Shown: positions 1 to 12,983, counted from the stretch's first letter. The stretch is 64,000 bases of DNA from Pristiophorus japonicus (GCF_044704955.1 NC_091999.1:9734001-9798000), one strand, 5' to 3'. The notes: generated by a model from the sequence alone, not told the origin. Numbers and translations: made by a program.

Positions 1-114
1 TAAACCGTCTATCACACACAAAATACGCCATCGTGAATTCTGTAAAAGCCATATCTATCGCTATTGGTCAGCGCACAATTTTATCTGGTCTCCATATTAT
101 TAAAATATATAGAG

Positions 115-610
115 CCAGTGGAGAAGGTGTATCAAGATTTACAAAGATGATACCAGAACTGAGAGGTTAGCACTATCAAGAAAGACTGAATAAGCCGGGG
201 CTCTGTCCTCTGGACATGGGAAGCTGAGGGGTAACCTAATAGAGGTATTTAAAATTATGAAAGGTTTTGATAAGGTAAACATAGATAAGATGTTTCCGTT
301 GTAGAGGAAATCCAAAACTAGGGACCATAATCATAAGATACTCACTAATAAATCCAATTAGGTATTCAGAAGAAATGTTTTTACCCAGAGAGTGATGAGA
401 ATGTGGAACTCGCTACCTCATTGAATAGTAGAGGTGAATAAGATAACTGCATTTAAGTCAAAGCTGGATACACTCATGAGGGAAAAAGGCATAGAATGAT
501 ATATTGATAGGGTGAGATGAAGTAGGGTGGGAGGAGGCTCGAGTGGAGCATAAATACCAGCATGTACCTATTGGACAGAATGGCCTATTCCTGATCCGTA
601 AATTCTATGC
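115..610 (+). mobile_element. CR1 LINE 3' fragment
   Basis: RT C-terminal and 3'UTR sequence shared with other CR1 copies in the window. Confidence 0.8.
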
Positions 611-1080
611 AGTTTTTTGCATTTGGAACGTGCAAGACCTGCGTGTCTGGCCCGACAGTTTGACAAAGAGAAAATATCAGCATTGAAGAGGAGCAAAGGA
701 AGATAACTTGTAGGCCCCACTATACAATGGAGTCTTTAGAAACATAGGGAGGTGTGTTGGTTTCAATAAAACCGACCTCATTCCTATTGATCTTGTATTG
801 GGAAAATATATATTTTCCAAACTGATGACTTGCCTTTGGATTATTGTGGAGCCAGTAGCCACCTGATAAACCCTTAGTACTTCTGATAGATTTAGTCTTG
901 TAATGAACCATTTATGTACAAATGGAGATGTCACATTTCTTCCTCACTATATACTTTCTCATGTTCACTTCTCCCGATGCCAATTAACTATCTTGCCACC
1001 ACGCTACCGTTTGCAAAAGACCAACAATTTCTGCATGCAAAATGAATCTGGTCAAATCGATACCAATCATTTATACTCAC

Positions 1081-1134
1081 TCGGCTCCACGGTCAATTTG
1101 GTTCCATCACCGAATATTAACTTCTCATAAGCTA
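1081..1134 (-). CDS. TRDJ: TCR J-delta segment (second J), YEKLIFGDGTKLTVEP
   Basis: FGxG motif; GTGAGT donor at 1080-1075 (phase 1); 12-RSS caccatg(1135-1141)-12-gtcgaaact(1154-1162), moderately degenerate. Confidence 0.9.
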
Positions 1135-2800
1135 CACCATGATACATCTCCACGTCGAAACTCTTTCCAACGCACTGGCACGATGTATCCATGCCATTGA
1201 TCCTAAAATGGGTCTATATTCACTCGGCTCGGCAGGTCACTGAGTCCCACTGCCGAAGGTTGTTTTCTGAAGTCTACTTAAGTCAAGCGTTAATTGTAAA
1301 GTCAGAACGTCTTCACGATGATCACGCATTCTAAAATAATTTCGCCCCAACTCAAAATCAGAACCGCATTGATTGTGAGTTTAAGAATTGACAATTCTAA
1401 GCGAAGCAAAGGGTGGCGAAGAATTGGTTTTGGCCACTTCCCAACGGAATCCGCAAAGCCTTACCGAAATACCTCATTGGCAATTTCATTAGTAATAGAA
1501 GCAGCTGAAAGAGAACCTCAGTCGTTGATTATATTCAAGTTGGAGATTGATAGATTTTTGGATATTAAGGGCATCAAAGGATGTGGGGAAAGGGCAGGAA
1601 TGTGGAATTGAGGTAGAAGATCAGCCATGATCTTATTGAATGCTGGAGCAGGCTTGAGACGCCGTGTGACCTACACCTGCTCCTAGTTCTTTTGTTCTTA
1701 TGTTCTTAGTGGGTTCTATCAGCAACGTGGTCCCATTTCCAAATAACCCCTTCACACTCTTACCGATATTTGCTGATTGGTAACCTTTAAACTCCAGACT
1801 TGCCTGAACTGAATGATTAACGGTACATTATAGCTGACAACTTACAACGCTTGAAAACTGTACCTTTACTAGGTATGTGTTTGATAATGCAGTGAAACAT
1901 AAAATGTTCACAGTTCTTAGACGTATATTCGAACATGCAAGGGTGATGGGCTGGTAAAGGCAATTTTTGGGTCACTATCTGGAATGCACTGCATTTGTGG
2001 AAGTAGATTCAATAATAACTTTCAAAAGGGAATTGGATAAATGCTTGAAGGCGAATAAATTGCAGGGCTAGAGAAAAGGGCAGGCGCAAGGGAATAATAT
2101 GATAGCTCTTTCAAAGAACCGGCACAGACACGATGGACGATTGACCTCTCACTGTGCTCTATCGTTCTATGAATGGGCAGTGACACCTTAAAGCTTCATG
2201 AAGATTTTTTGCTCTGTTCGGCATTTGTGGCAAAATGTTAAACGTCACGATTAAGCAAGTACTTACGATTTCGCCAGAAAGGAAAGCACTGAAGAGAAAC
2301 AGCATGGCGAACTTATTAATCAGCCGCAGTTTGCTGTTACCGGCTTCCCCAGCAAGTGTAGAATAAAAAAAACTGAGACAAGGGCAAAACATTTTCAAAG
2401 CTTTAACCAGATGGATTTCAGCACAAAAGACGTGTATGGGAGCGAGATTGCGGAGTCACTTTGCTGACTTATGCATTGGACGTTTTTCGAAGTATTGCTT
2501 AATTGCACAGAGGCAGGTCAGTGAAATACGACCCGCTTGCACACACGAGTGTGTTCCTGCTGAAGACTGGATATCGGTCTAAAGCAAATACACTCATTTC
2601 GCCAAACCGCCCTTAATTGAGAACAAGAATGCTCAGATCGACTTACTCGTGACACAATGAATCGGTTCCCCGATTCCAAATGTGAGCTGCTCTCTCCAGC
2701 CCATGCTGCTATTTAAAAACAAAATAACCGTGCGACTGTGTGCATTAAACGATGTCTCTAAATGGATAAAAGGAGAACAAGTAGAGAGTTAGGTACTTAC

Positions 2801-2863
2801 TGGGTTCCACAATCAGCCTGGTCCCTTTGCCAAAGGTGAGCTTTTCATCCTCTCCGTATGTTA
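2801..2863 (-). CDS. TRDJ: TCR J-delta segment (first J), TYGEDEKLTFGKGTRLIVEP
   Basis: FGKG motif; GTAAGT donor at 2800-2795; 12-RSS cacacgg(2864-2870)-12-acaagatcc(2883-2891). Confidence 0.95.
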
Positions 2864-3184
2864 CACACGGTTCAAACCTATAACAAGATCCCTCGGAGTC
2901 TCATCGGCATCTCCTGGTATCCCTTTGCTTTACTTGAAAAGGACAAGGCCAGTCAGCAAACTGGGCATGTCTATTACCCGTCGGCCCCGAGGTGGGGACG
3001 CGGTAATAAAATTGCAGGGGAAGAAAGACTGCAAAATGAACAGAATGTAAAACGGTAGACGTTCAGGGTGTATCCGTTGCTTGATTCTGAAAAGGCCATT
3101 CCGAGGGTGTTGAGAGTGAAGTTGAGCCGTTCTGTTTAGCCGTGAGGTTATTGTACGGGCGCTGAAGGAGATTCAACTACTGTG

Positions 3185-3202
3185 CGTATCCCAGTATATC
3201 CC
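3185..3202 (-). CDS. TRDD: TCR D-delta segment GGGATATACTGGGATACG
   Basis: 5' 12-RSS cacagtg(3203-3209)-12-acaaaaact(3222-3230); 3' 23-RSS heptamer 3178-3184, nonamer 3146-3154; open in all three frames (GIYWDT/GYTGI/DILGY); resembles human TRDD3 ACTGGGGGATACG. Confidence 0.95.
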
Positions 3203-3253
3203 CACAGTGATACAAGCCAGCACAAAAACTGTTCACTGACTGCTGGCAAGCGG

Positions 3254-3267
3254 GTCACATGACGTAG
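3254..3267. promoter_or_regulatory. E-box/CRE composite GTCACATGACGTAG, candidate D-delta germline promoter element
   Basis: USF-type GTCACATG overlapping a TGACG half-site, 24 bp beyond the D 12-RSS nonamer. Confidence 0.45.
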
Positions 3268-3334
3268 CTACATTAGACCCTCTCTGAAAGGTGCAACAAC
3301 AACAACAACAACTTGCCGTTCTATATGCACCATG

Positions 3335-4085
3335 TGATCTTTAAATGTCTGCCATTGCCTATCCACCGTCAACCCTTTAAGTATCATTCGCTAGTCTATC
3401 CGAGCCAGTTCAGGTCTCATACCATCGAAGTTACCTTTCTTTAAGTTCAGGACCATAGTCTCTGAATTAACTGTGTCAATCTTAATGAAGAATTATACCA
3501 TATTATGGTCAGTCTTCCCCAAGGGGCCTCGCACAACAAGGAAGAGGCATGTAAATTGGCCAGAAAAAGCAACAAACCTGAGGACTGGGAGAAATTTAGA
3601 ATTCAGCAGAGGAGGACAAAGGGTTTGAGTAGGAGGGGGAAAATAGAGTACGAGAGGAAACTTGCTGGGAACATAAAAATTGACTGCTAAAGCTTCAATA
3701 GATATGTGAAGAGAAAAAGATTAGTGAATGCAGATGTAGGTCTCTTGCAGTCAGAATCAGGTGAATTTATAATGGGGAACAAAGAAATGGCAGAGCAATT
3801 GAACAAATACTTTAGTTCTGTCTTCACTAAGGAAGACACAACTAACTTTTTGGAAATACTAGGGGACCAATGGTCTAGCGAGAAGGAGGAACTGAAGGAA
3901 ATCCTTATTAGTCAGGAAATTATGTTAGGGAAATTAATGGGATTGAAGGCTGATAAATCCCCGGGGCCTGATATTCTGCATCCCTGAGTACTTAAGGAAG
4001 TGGTCTTAGAAATAGTAGATGCATTGGTGGTCATTTTGCAACATTCTATAGACTCTGGATCAGTTCCTATGGATTGGAGAGTAGC
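3335..4085 (+). mobile_element. CR1 ORF2 fragment with an inverted 5' part (3335-3540)
   Basis: Matches the 44776-48505 element; orientation flips near 3540. Confidence 0.8.
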
Positions 4086-4087
4086 CT

Positions 4088-6200
4088 CCTGCTGCCCATG
4101 TCCATCTCGGTGGTAGAGGTCGCGGGTTTTGGAGATGCTAGCGAAATAACCTTGGCGAGTTGCTGCAATGCATCTTTTAAATGGTACACACTGCAGCCAC
4201 GATGCGCCGGTGAGAGTGGGTGAATTTTGAAGGTAGTGGATGGGGTGCCAATCAAGCGGGCTGCTTTGTCCTAGATAGTGTAGAGCTTTTTGAGCGTTGC
4301 TGGATCTGCACTCATCCAGGCAAGTTGAGAGTATTCCATCACACGCCTGACTTTCATCTTGTAGATCGTGGAAAGTCATTGGGGAGTCAGGAGGTGAGAC
4401 ACTCGTCACAGAATACCCAGCCTCTGACCTGCTCTTGTTTCCAACATAGTTATGTGGCTGGTCTAGTTAAGTTTCTGGTCAATGATGAGCCCTAGATTTT
4501 TGAAGGTGGGAGATTCGGCGATGGTAATGTCATTGAATGTCAAGGTCAGGCCGTTAGACTCTCGCATGTTGGATATAGTCATTGCCTGACACTTGTGTGG
4601 TGCGAATATTTTTTGCCACTTAGCAGCCGAAGCCTGAATTTCCACCAGAACTTGCTGCATTCGGGCATGGAATGCTTCGTTATATGAGGAGCTCCGAATG
4701 GCACTCAGCACCGTGCAATCATCAGCGAACATCCCCACATCTCAACTTATGATGGAAGGAAGTCATTGATGAAGCAGCTGAAGGTGTTTGGGTCTAGGAC
4801 ATTGCCCTGAGAAACTTCTGCAGCGATGTCGTGCGGCTGAGATGATTGACCTCCAACCACCAGAACTCTCTTCCTTTGTGCTATGTATGATTCCAGCCTC
4901 TGGAGAGTTTTCCCCCTGATTCTCATTGACTACAATTTTACTGAGGCTCCTTGGTGCCACACTCAGTCAAATGCTGCCTTGATGTCAAGGACAGCCACTC
5001 TCACCTCACCTCTAAAATTCAGCTCTTTTGTCCATGTTTGGACTGAGATTGTAATGAGGTCTGGAGCCGAGTGGTCCTGTCGGAACCCAAACTAGGCATT
5101 GGTGATCAGGGTATTGGTGAGCTGTCATTTGATAGGACAGGGAAGTTTTCCACATTTTCTGATAGCTGCCAATGTGGTAGCTGTATTGGAGCAGCTTGGC
5201 TAGAGTCGCAGCTAGTCCTCGAGCACTTCAGCACAACAGCCAGAATGTTTTCTGGGCCCATAGCCTTTGCTGTATCCAGTGTGCTCAGCCGTGTTTTGAC
5301 ATCACGGGGAGCGAATCGAATTGGTTGAAGACTGGCTTTTGTGATAGTGGGGAACTCAGCAGGAGGCTGACATGGATCATCCACTCCGCACTTCCAGATG
5401 AAGATGGTTGCAAACGCTTCAGCCTTGCCTTTTGCATACAGGTGCTGGGGGAGGGCGGTAGGTGGTAATCAGCAGGAGGTTTCCTTGCCCATGCTTGACC
5501 TGAAGTAATGAAACTTCATAGAATCCGGAGTGTATGTTGAGGACTCCCAGGGTCACTCCCTCCCGACTGTACAGCACTGCGCCGCCACGCCTGGTGAGTG
5601 TGTCCTGCCGATGGGACCGGACATACCCAGGGATGGTGATGGATAGGTCTGGGATATTGGTGGAAAGTTTATGATTCTCTGAGTATGACTATGTCAGGCT
5701 GTTGATTGACTAGTCAGTGGGACAGCTCTCCCAATTTTGGCACACGGCCCCAGAGCTTGGCGAAGAGGACTTTGCAGGGTCGATTGGGTTGGGTGTGCCA
5801 TTGTTGTGTCTGTAGCTGGTGGCGAGGTTGATGCCGGGTGGTCTGTATAGTTTTATTCTTATTATTGTTCTGGTAGCGGTTTGGTACAACTGAGTGGCTT
5901 GCTCGGCCATTTCAGAGGGCAGTTAAGAGTCAACCACATTGCTTTGAGTCTCGAGTCATATATAGGCCAGACCAGGTAGGATGACAGATTTCCTTCCCTG
6001 AAGGAGCTTAATGAACGAAATGTTTTTTGTTGCAACAATCTGATAGTTTCATTGTCACCATTACTAATATTAGCTCTATATTCCAGATTTAATTAATTAA
6101 CTGAATTAAATTCCCCAGCTGCCATGGTCAGATTTGAACTGACATCTCTGGATCATTATCGACCTCTGGATTACTAGCCCAGCAACATTACTACTATGCT
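4088..6200 (-). mobile_element. CR1/L2-superfamily LINE of a second family, decayed
   Basis: MFADDCT RT motif; KAMGPENI linker. Confidence 0.75.
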
Positions 6201-6219
6201 ACATTCCATCGTGCGTATC

Positions 6220-6600
6220 AGGACTTTAGGACATCCTAATGCTCTTCACACCCTTTGAAGAATAGTCATGGTTGCAATGTAAGAAACTTGTCAGAGAATT
6301 TGCACACAGCCAGGTCCAACAAACTGCAAAGTGCCAATGACCAGATCATCTGTTTGTGATGTTGAGTGAGGTACAAATAACCCCAGGACACCGGGGATAA
6401 CAACTCTGCTCTTCGTTCAAAGGTGCAACCTGATGTTTAATATCCACCTGAGAGGTTTGACATCTCATCCAAAAGATGGCACATCCGATAATGCGACACT
6501 CCCTCGGTACTGCACTAGGAGTGTCAACCTGACTTATATGCTCAGATCTCTGGAACTCACAAGCTTCTAGACTGAGAGACGATAGTTCTACCACTAAGCT
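6220..6600 (-). mobile_element. Deu-domain tRNA-derived SINE
   Basis: Reverse complement of the 8812-9260 family. Confidence 0.7.
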
Positions 6601-7419
6601 TCAGCTGGGCTTTGGAGCGTGGAGCTTGCTCTTAATAGGCTGAGAGCTTGAGTACAACAATTTTTACACGGAAACGAAATAGATTGGAATGGATGGTAAT
6701 GGAAATAGACACTTGACCCTTAAACAAGTTAAGCATAGTCGCTAATGAATCCGTTCTATTTTTAAGAATTTGAATTATTTTTCATCTTTGTTATTAACAA
6801 CTTGTGATTTCTTTCCTCTTCATCATTTTCCTCTTAATTATCTGCTATCACTTTTTTGTCAATTTGTTCTCTACCTTTGTCATCACCTTTTATACATTGC
6901 AGTAAATAGCATTTCTGTGTTGTCGTATCTCTCTCAACTCTCATCTCCAAAAATTCTCTGTCTCAGTCTTTATAAGGAAGTATGTAAGGGACAAAACCGT
7001 CATTGAAGACACGATCCAGGAATTCTGCATTTAAGCAGGACAACAGAATGCTTATTTTTACTTTGCACACAATTAACTGCAAGGAATAATCTTTGTATTG
7101 TCGTTCTACCAAAACCAGCTTTATCCTGTATAGGTTATTCTGGTGCTGAGTTGATACCCCCCAGCGTGGCCCCACATTCAATGATAAGGGAACAGATTTG
7201 AGCTGCACCTGTGTGTCCGCTGACAACAGCTCTGCGTATCTATGGGTGAATCAGGTGCAACCTCTGCTGCGGGTTCTTGCCTGCTGACTCAATCTTCCAA
7301 CGTGCACGTGTTTGACCATGGATGAAAAGCGTGCCATGCATAGTCTACTTGCATCTTCATACACATCTTGTTCTGCCAAAGAGGCGGCACAAACCGAGTG
7401 GGTCGAATGCACTTGTTAC

Positions 7420-8020
7420 ATAGTAGCCTAGTTGCAGTACAGAAACAGGCTATTCAGTCCAACTGGGTCACGCTAATGTTTATGTTCCACAAGAGACACC
7501 TCCCGCCCCTCTTCGTTTAACTCGATGAACATATCCTTCTATTACTTTGTCCCTCGTGCGCCTAACTAGCTCCCCCTTAAATGCATCGCGTTAATTCGTA
7601 GCAAGTTCTAAATTTTAACCAATCTTTGGGTAAAGAAGTTCTCCTGCATTCCCTGCCGGATTTATTCGTGACTCTCTTATGTAGGTGACCCCTAGCCTTG
7701 AGCTCCCTTCAAGTGGAAACAGCTGCTCTACATCTACCTTGCCAGCCGCATTTTATAATCTTAAAAACCTATACCAGGCAACGCTCAGCCTTCTCTTTTC
7801 TAGAGAATAGAGCTCCAGCCGCTTCATTCTTCCATGATAGGTATAGCATCCTCGTTCTGTAATCATCCTTCTGAATCTTTTCTGCACCTTATTCAATGCC
7901 TCTATATCCGTTTTATAATATGGAGAGCAGAACTGTGGAAAATACTCCAAATGTTGTCTGATCAAGATTAATATGACGTCTCTGCCTTTCTATTCTATTG
8001 GTCGAGAAATGAACCCCAGT
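7420..8020 (-). mobile_element. CR1 3' fragment
   Basis: HLEYFPQFCSPYY..VQKRFRRMI. Confidence 0.8.
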
Positions 8021-8811
8021 GCAAGGGTTGCTCCTACCGCAATGAGAAAGCGATTTAGCTTTAGAAAATTTCATCCATGTGTCATCTTCCGTCTTATTTT
8101 GTAAATGATAATATCGTGCAATATTTTTTCTCGCTTCTTCTTAATTTCTAGGTGCACAACGTCATGTGACTCCTTCATCAGATTTGGATCTCATCTCTCA
8201 AAATGTTCCTGAGTTTGTCTAGTGAAAGTGTAACTCTTCTAAATTCATGGTCGCCGCCTTATATTCGGATATAGGCATTTCTGATTTGTTACACATCAAA
8301 ACTGGAAACACAGAGGATTCATTTGAAAGACATCATCTTCGACAATGTAACATTCCGTGCACCTAGAATATGTGCTTCGGTGGTGGAATGGGAACTTGGC
8401 CAACTGACTCAATTTACCCCTTCAATGCCACCTGCAGGATGGAAGGATGCCTCAGTGGTTAAAGCCCATGATTGTCAGAGGTAGTTCGATATTTCTTATA
8501 TCAGAAATGTTGTCTTGAAATTTGACTTAAGCATTGACTGAATACCGATAATGAACAGGAAATTACATTTTTGCGACAGGCATTTAAAAAAAATCTTTAA
8601 TTTGTAGCAATCATATATGTGAAATTATGATCATGACTTTCAGGAACTCGAATCTCTTTGACGAGGATTTCTACAGATCAACTTGAATGTCAATTGCTAT
8701 GACAGATGAAATGAACTATTCCGACCTCAGATAGTGTGAATAATTTTTATCATCATTGTTATTATTGGTAATGGTATTTATTGTTAATAATAATAACTAT
8801 AAAAACAGCGT

Positions 8812-9260
8812 CAGGTGTGGCTCAGTTGGTAGCACTTTCGCCTCTGAGTCAGAAGATTGTGGGTTCAAGTCTCACTCCAGCGACTGGAGCACATAAATCT
8901 AGCCTGACACTCCAATGCAGTGCTGAGGGAGCGCTGCACTGAGGGAGGTGCCGTGTTTCTGAAGAGATGTTATTAAAACCGAGGCCCATCTGCCCTCTCA
9001 GGTGGGCGTAAAAGATCGCATAGCACTATTTCGAAGAAGACCAGGTGGAGTTATCCCCAGTGCTTTGGCCAATATTTATCCTTCAATCAACATAACAAAA
9101 ACATTATCACTTTGCTGGTTGTGGCAGCCTGCTGTGCACAAGTTGGCTGCCGCGTTTCTCACATTACAACTGTGGCTATACTCCAAAAGTACTTCATTGG
9201 TGGTAAAGCGCTTTGTGATGTCCGGTGGTCGGGAAAAGCGCTATTTGAGTGCAAGTGCTC
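8812..9260 (+). mobile_element. Deu-domain tRNA-derived SINE (SacSINE1-like)
   Basis: Box A TGGCTCAGTTGG, box B GGTTCAAGTC, Deu core AAACCGAGGCCC..CTCTCAGGTGG..CACTATTTCGAAGAAG. Confidence 0.85.
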
Positions 9261-9589
9261 ATTATTAATAACTACTTATAGGAAAGTAAATCCATACTGA
9301 AACACTTTTGGAAATGCTTCTTCCAAATAAGTTACATTGAAGTATAATTGTTGTTCCCAGCTAGAGCTCGGCAGCATTTGTCTTAACCTATCCTGTCCAG
9401 AGTCTCGCTTGTTCATCACCTTCGCTTCCAGTGAATCAAAATGAACCACTCATTCTCTAACATATCTAATTTACAATTCCGGCTGTTGTCATTAAATGCC
9501 CCAATTAACTTGCTCTGAGGTGTCACCCTTGGCTCCGTGGGTAGCTCGCTGAGTCAGAGTCACAGCACCGCGGTGGGGGGAGTAAAAAT

Positions 9590-12072
9590 ACACATTATAG
9601 TGGTAGGGGACATATCATTCGGGGGATAGATACAGATCTCTGCGTGGGTCCCGAAGGCTGTGTTGCCTGCTCGCTGCCAGGGTTAAGGACATCTCCTCAG
9701 GGCTGGAGAGGAACGTGGAGTGGGAGGGGGTAGATACAATTGTCGTGGTCCACGTGGGTACCAACCACCTAGAAAGGACAGACACGAAGATTCTGCTAAA
9801 GGATTATGAGCAGCTAGGGGCCAAATTAAAAAGCAGAGCAACAAAGATAATAATCTCTGGATTGCTACCCAAGCCACGAGCAAATTTACATAAGATCAAA
9901 GAGCTAAACTCGTGGCTCAAAGGCTGGTGTTGGAGAAATGGGTTTTGGTTCATGGGGCACTGGCATCAGTACTGGGGTAAGATGGAGCTGTTTTGTCGGG
10001 ACGGTCTCCACTTGGAATGTGCAGGGGCTCGGGTCCTGGCGAAACCAATAACTAGGGCTGCAGAGAGAGAGCTTTAAACTAATTAGCGGCGGCGGGGGGT
10101 GTGGGGGGGGGGGCGGGGGTGGAGGCGTCAGGTGAGCAGATAACTAAAATCGCAAAGAACAAGGTGAAGAGCATGGAGCAGGGCAACATTGGGGGAAACG
10201 AAAACCAGAGCGTGACAGGAAGGGACAGAATGTATAAACATAAGAGTGTATCAGAAACTGGGGACATGGCAGGAAAAAATGGTAAGAAAACACATTTAAA
10301 AGCAGTTTATCTGAATGCACGCAGCATTGGTAATAAAGTCGAAGAGCTGTCGGCAAAAATAGGTTCAAATGGGTATGATCTGATACCTATAAAAGAGACA
10401 TGGTTGCAAGGTGACCAAGACTGCGAACTAAAAAATTAGGGGCACTTGACAATTCGGAAGGACAGACAGAAAGGGAAAGGAGGTAGGATAGCTCTGTGGA
10501 TAAAGGATGGAATCACTGCAATTGTTAGAAACGATATTGGCTCAAATGATCAGGATGTCGAAACAGTTTGGTTGGTGATAACGATTAATAAGGGGAAAAA
10601 GTCACTGGTGGGCGTTGTTTGTAGGTCCCCGAACAGTAGCAACTCTGTTGGTCGGAGTATAAACCAGGAAATAATGGGGGCTTGTAAAAAGGGAACAGCA
10701 AGAATCATGGGTGATTTTAACCTCCATATTGATTGCACAAATCAAATTGGTCAGAATAGCCTTGAGGAAGAGTTCATAGAGTGCATAAGGGACGGATTTC
10801 TTGAACAGTATGTAATGGAACCAACCAGGGGGAAGGCTATCTTAGATCTGGTCCTGTGCAATGAGACAGGATTAATAAACAATCTCCTAGCAAAGGATCC
10901 CCTTGGAATGAGTGACCCCATGGTTGAATTGCAAATTCAGATGGAGGGCAAGGAAGTTGGATCTCAAACCAGCGTACTAATGTTAAATAAAGGAGACCAC
11001 AAAGGTATGAGGGCAGAGTTGGCTAAAGTGGCCTGGGACAATATATTAAAGTGTGGGGTGGTTGATGATCAGTGGCTTATATTTAAGGAGATATTTCATA
11101 ACTCTCAAGAAAACTATATTCCAGTGTGGAGGAAATGGTGTAAAAGAAACGTGGCTAACAAAATAAATAAAGGATGGACCCAATTAAAAACAGTGCATAC
11201 AAAGTGGCCAAAACTAGTGGGAGGACAGAAGATTGGTAAGCTATAAAAAGCCAGCAAAGAATGACAAAAAATGATTAAGAAAGGGGAGATAGACTGTGAA
11301 AGTAAACCAGCACAAAATATAAAAACAGATCGAAAGAGTTTCTACAAGCATATAAAGAGGAAAAAAATGGCTAAAGTAAATGTTGATCCCTTAAAACACG
11401 AGACCGGGGAATTAGTGATGGGGAACATGGAGATAAGGTGGTAGGGCAGGTTGCAAAAGCTGTTAAAAAGTCTTACGGGACCCTGGGCTTTATAAATTGA
11501 GGTATATAGTACAAAAGTGTGTAAGTTATGATGAACCTGTATAAAACACTGGTTTTGCCTCAACTGGAATATTTTGCCCAATTCTGGGTACTGTATTTTA
11601 GCAAGAATGTGAAGACCTTAGAGAGGGAACAAAAAATATTTACGAGAATGGTTCCAGGGATGAGTGACTTCAGTTTCGTGGATAGACTAGAGAAAATGGG
11701 TATTCAAAATCATGAGAGTTCCAGACAAAGTAGATAGAGCGAAACTGTTGCCCTTGGCAGGGAGGTGGAGAACCAGAGGACACAGATTCAAGGTGTTTGG
11801 CAAAAGTACCAAAGGCGACATTCAGAAAAAACTTTTGTTATGCCACGAGTGATTAGGATCTGGAATGCACTGCCTGAGAGGGTGGGGGAGGCAGACTCAA
11901 TCGTACCGTTCAAAAAGGGATTGGATAATTACCTGAAGGAAAAAAAATGCAGGTCTACGGGGAAAGTGTGGGGAAGTGGGATTAGCTGAAGTGCACTTCT
12001 AGAGAGCCGGCATGGGGTCGATGGGCTGGAAGGCCTCCTTCTGTGATGTCACCATGATATGATTCTATGATT
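9590..12072 (+). mobile_element. CR1 LINE with ORF1 esterase, ORF2 endonuclease, deleted RT and 3' end
   Basis: VHVGTN/DGLHL; YLNARSI, MGDFN, LDLVL; ATTCTATG tail. Confidence 0.9.
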
Positions 12073-12468
12073 CAGCAGATCAGACAGCATCAGTGGAGAG
12101 AGAAACAGAGTTCATGTTTCAGATGATTTAAGATAATTAGCAAAAGAAGAATAGGAGACAAGTGGATTAACAAAATTATGCAGCGAGTTGTTGTGTTCTG
12201 AAATACAATGTGTGAAAAACTGGTGGAACCACATTCAATAATAACTTTCAAAAGGGAGTTGGATAAATACTTGAAAAAAATACAGGGTTATGGGAAAAGA
12301 GTAATGTAGTGGGCATTAACGAAAAATAATTTGAACGAGCCAGCACAAGCATTATGGGCTGAATGGCCTCTTTGGGTGCTGTGTGATTCTATGATTCTAT
12401 GAACTGCTGTCAACATTGGTTTTATTGGCGTTTGATGATGGCGGAAACTGCTGTATTTCCCCTTGTTC

Positions 12469-12507
12469 TGTTTTAGTGCACGTCTGGGTCTGACCCGTCT
12501 CACTGTG
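12469..12507 (-). promoter_or_regulatory. 23-RSS of the IgM-like VH
   Basis: cacagtg-23-actaaaaca; consensus heptamer. Confidence 0.9.
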
Positions 12508-12983
12508 AGCCCGTGCGCAATAATAAGTGGCGCTCTCTTCCGGTGTCAATGCCTTGATATCCAAAGCGAAGATATTGTTTAATACGTCTTTGGAAGCAGT
12601 AAACCGTTCTCCAATCTCTTGACTGTACTGCTTTCTGTCCTTATCATAGTACGAAACTAGCCAATCCAGAGCCTCCCCGGGGCCTTGCGTTACCAGTACA
12701 CCCAGTAGATGTCAAGGTTGAACCCGCTGGTTTTGCAGGTCAGTCTCAGGGACTGTTCAGAACGCTTAGTTTCTGCCTATTCAATACCTCATCCGACTGG
12801 ACACCTATAAAGGTAAAGAAGCAGTAATTACGGCGAAGTGACTCCTGGCTCCGTAACACCCCCAGAGAGGGATTAACAGCGAAAGAGAAAGATTGGAACA
12901 ATTCGGAAGAGTTACAGCTACTCACTGTGCAGGAAACCATGCAGTACGCCGAGAACAATCGCCGACCTCAGGCTCCTGGACAT
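12508..12983 (-). pseudogene. IGHV: IgM-type heavy-chain V pseudogene inside the TCR-delta locus
   Basis: Leader exon 12983-12926 (MSRSLRSAIVLGVLHGFLH, GTGAGT donor); V exon 12804-12508: [81 protein letters not shown]; two frameshifts and one TAA. Confidence 0.9.

Noticed and set aside
677-934. Short ORFs downstream of the J segments as a C-delta exon
   Set aside because: No Ig C1 Cys/Trp pattern; C must lie outside the window
1081-3230. TCR-beta or IgH identity for the D-J cluster
   Set aside because: D is not the TRBD GGGACAGGGGGC type; the J segments have FGxG and 12-RSS, not the WGxG of IgH
8150-8225. Plus-strand acceptor plus ACGTCATGTGAC, mirroring the D promoter motif
   Set aside because: Frame closes quickly and there is no RSS or gene segment nearby
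8812-8880. tRNA gene
   Set aside because: Head of a Deu-SINE, continuous with the SINE body
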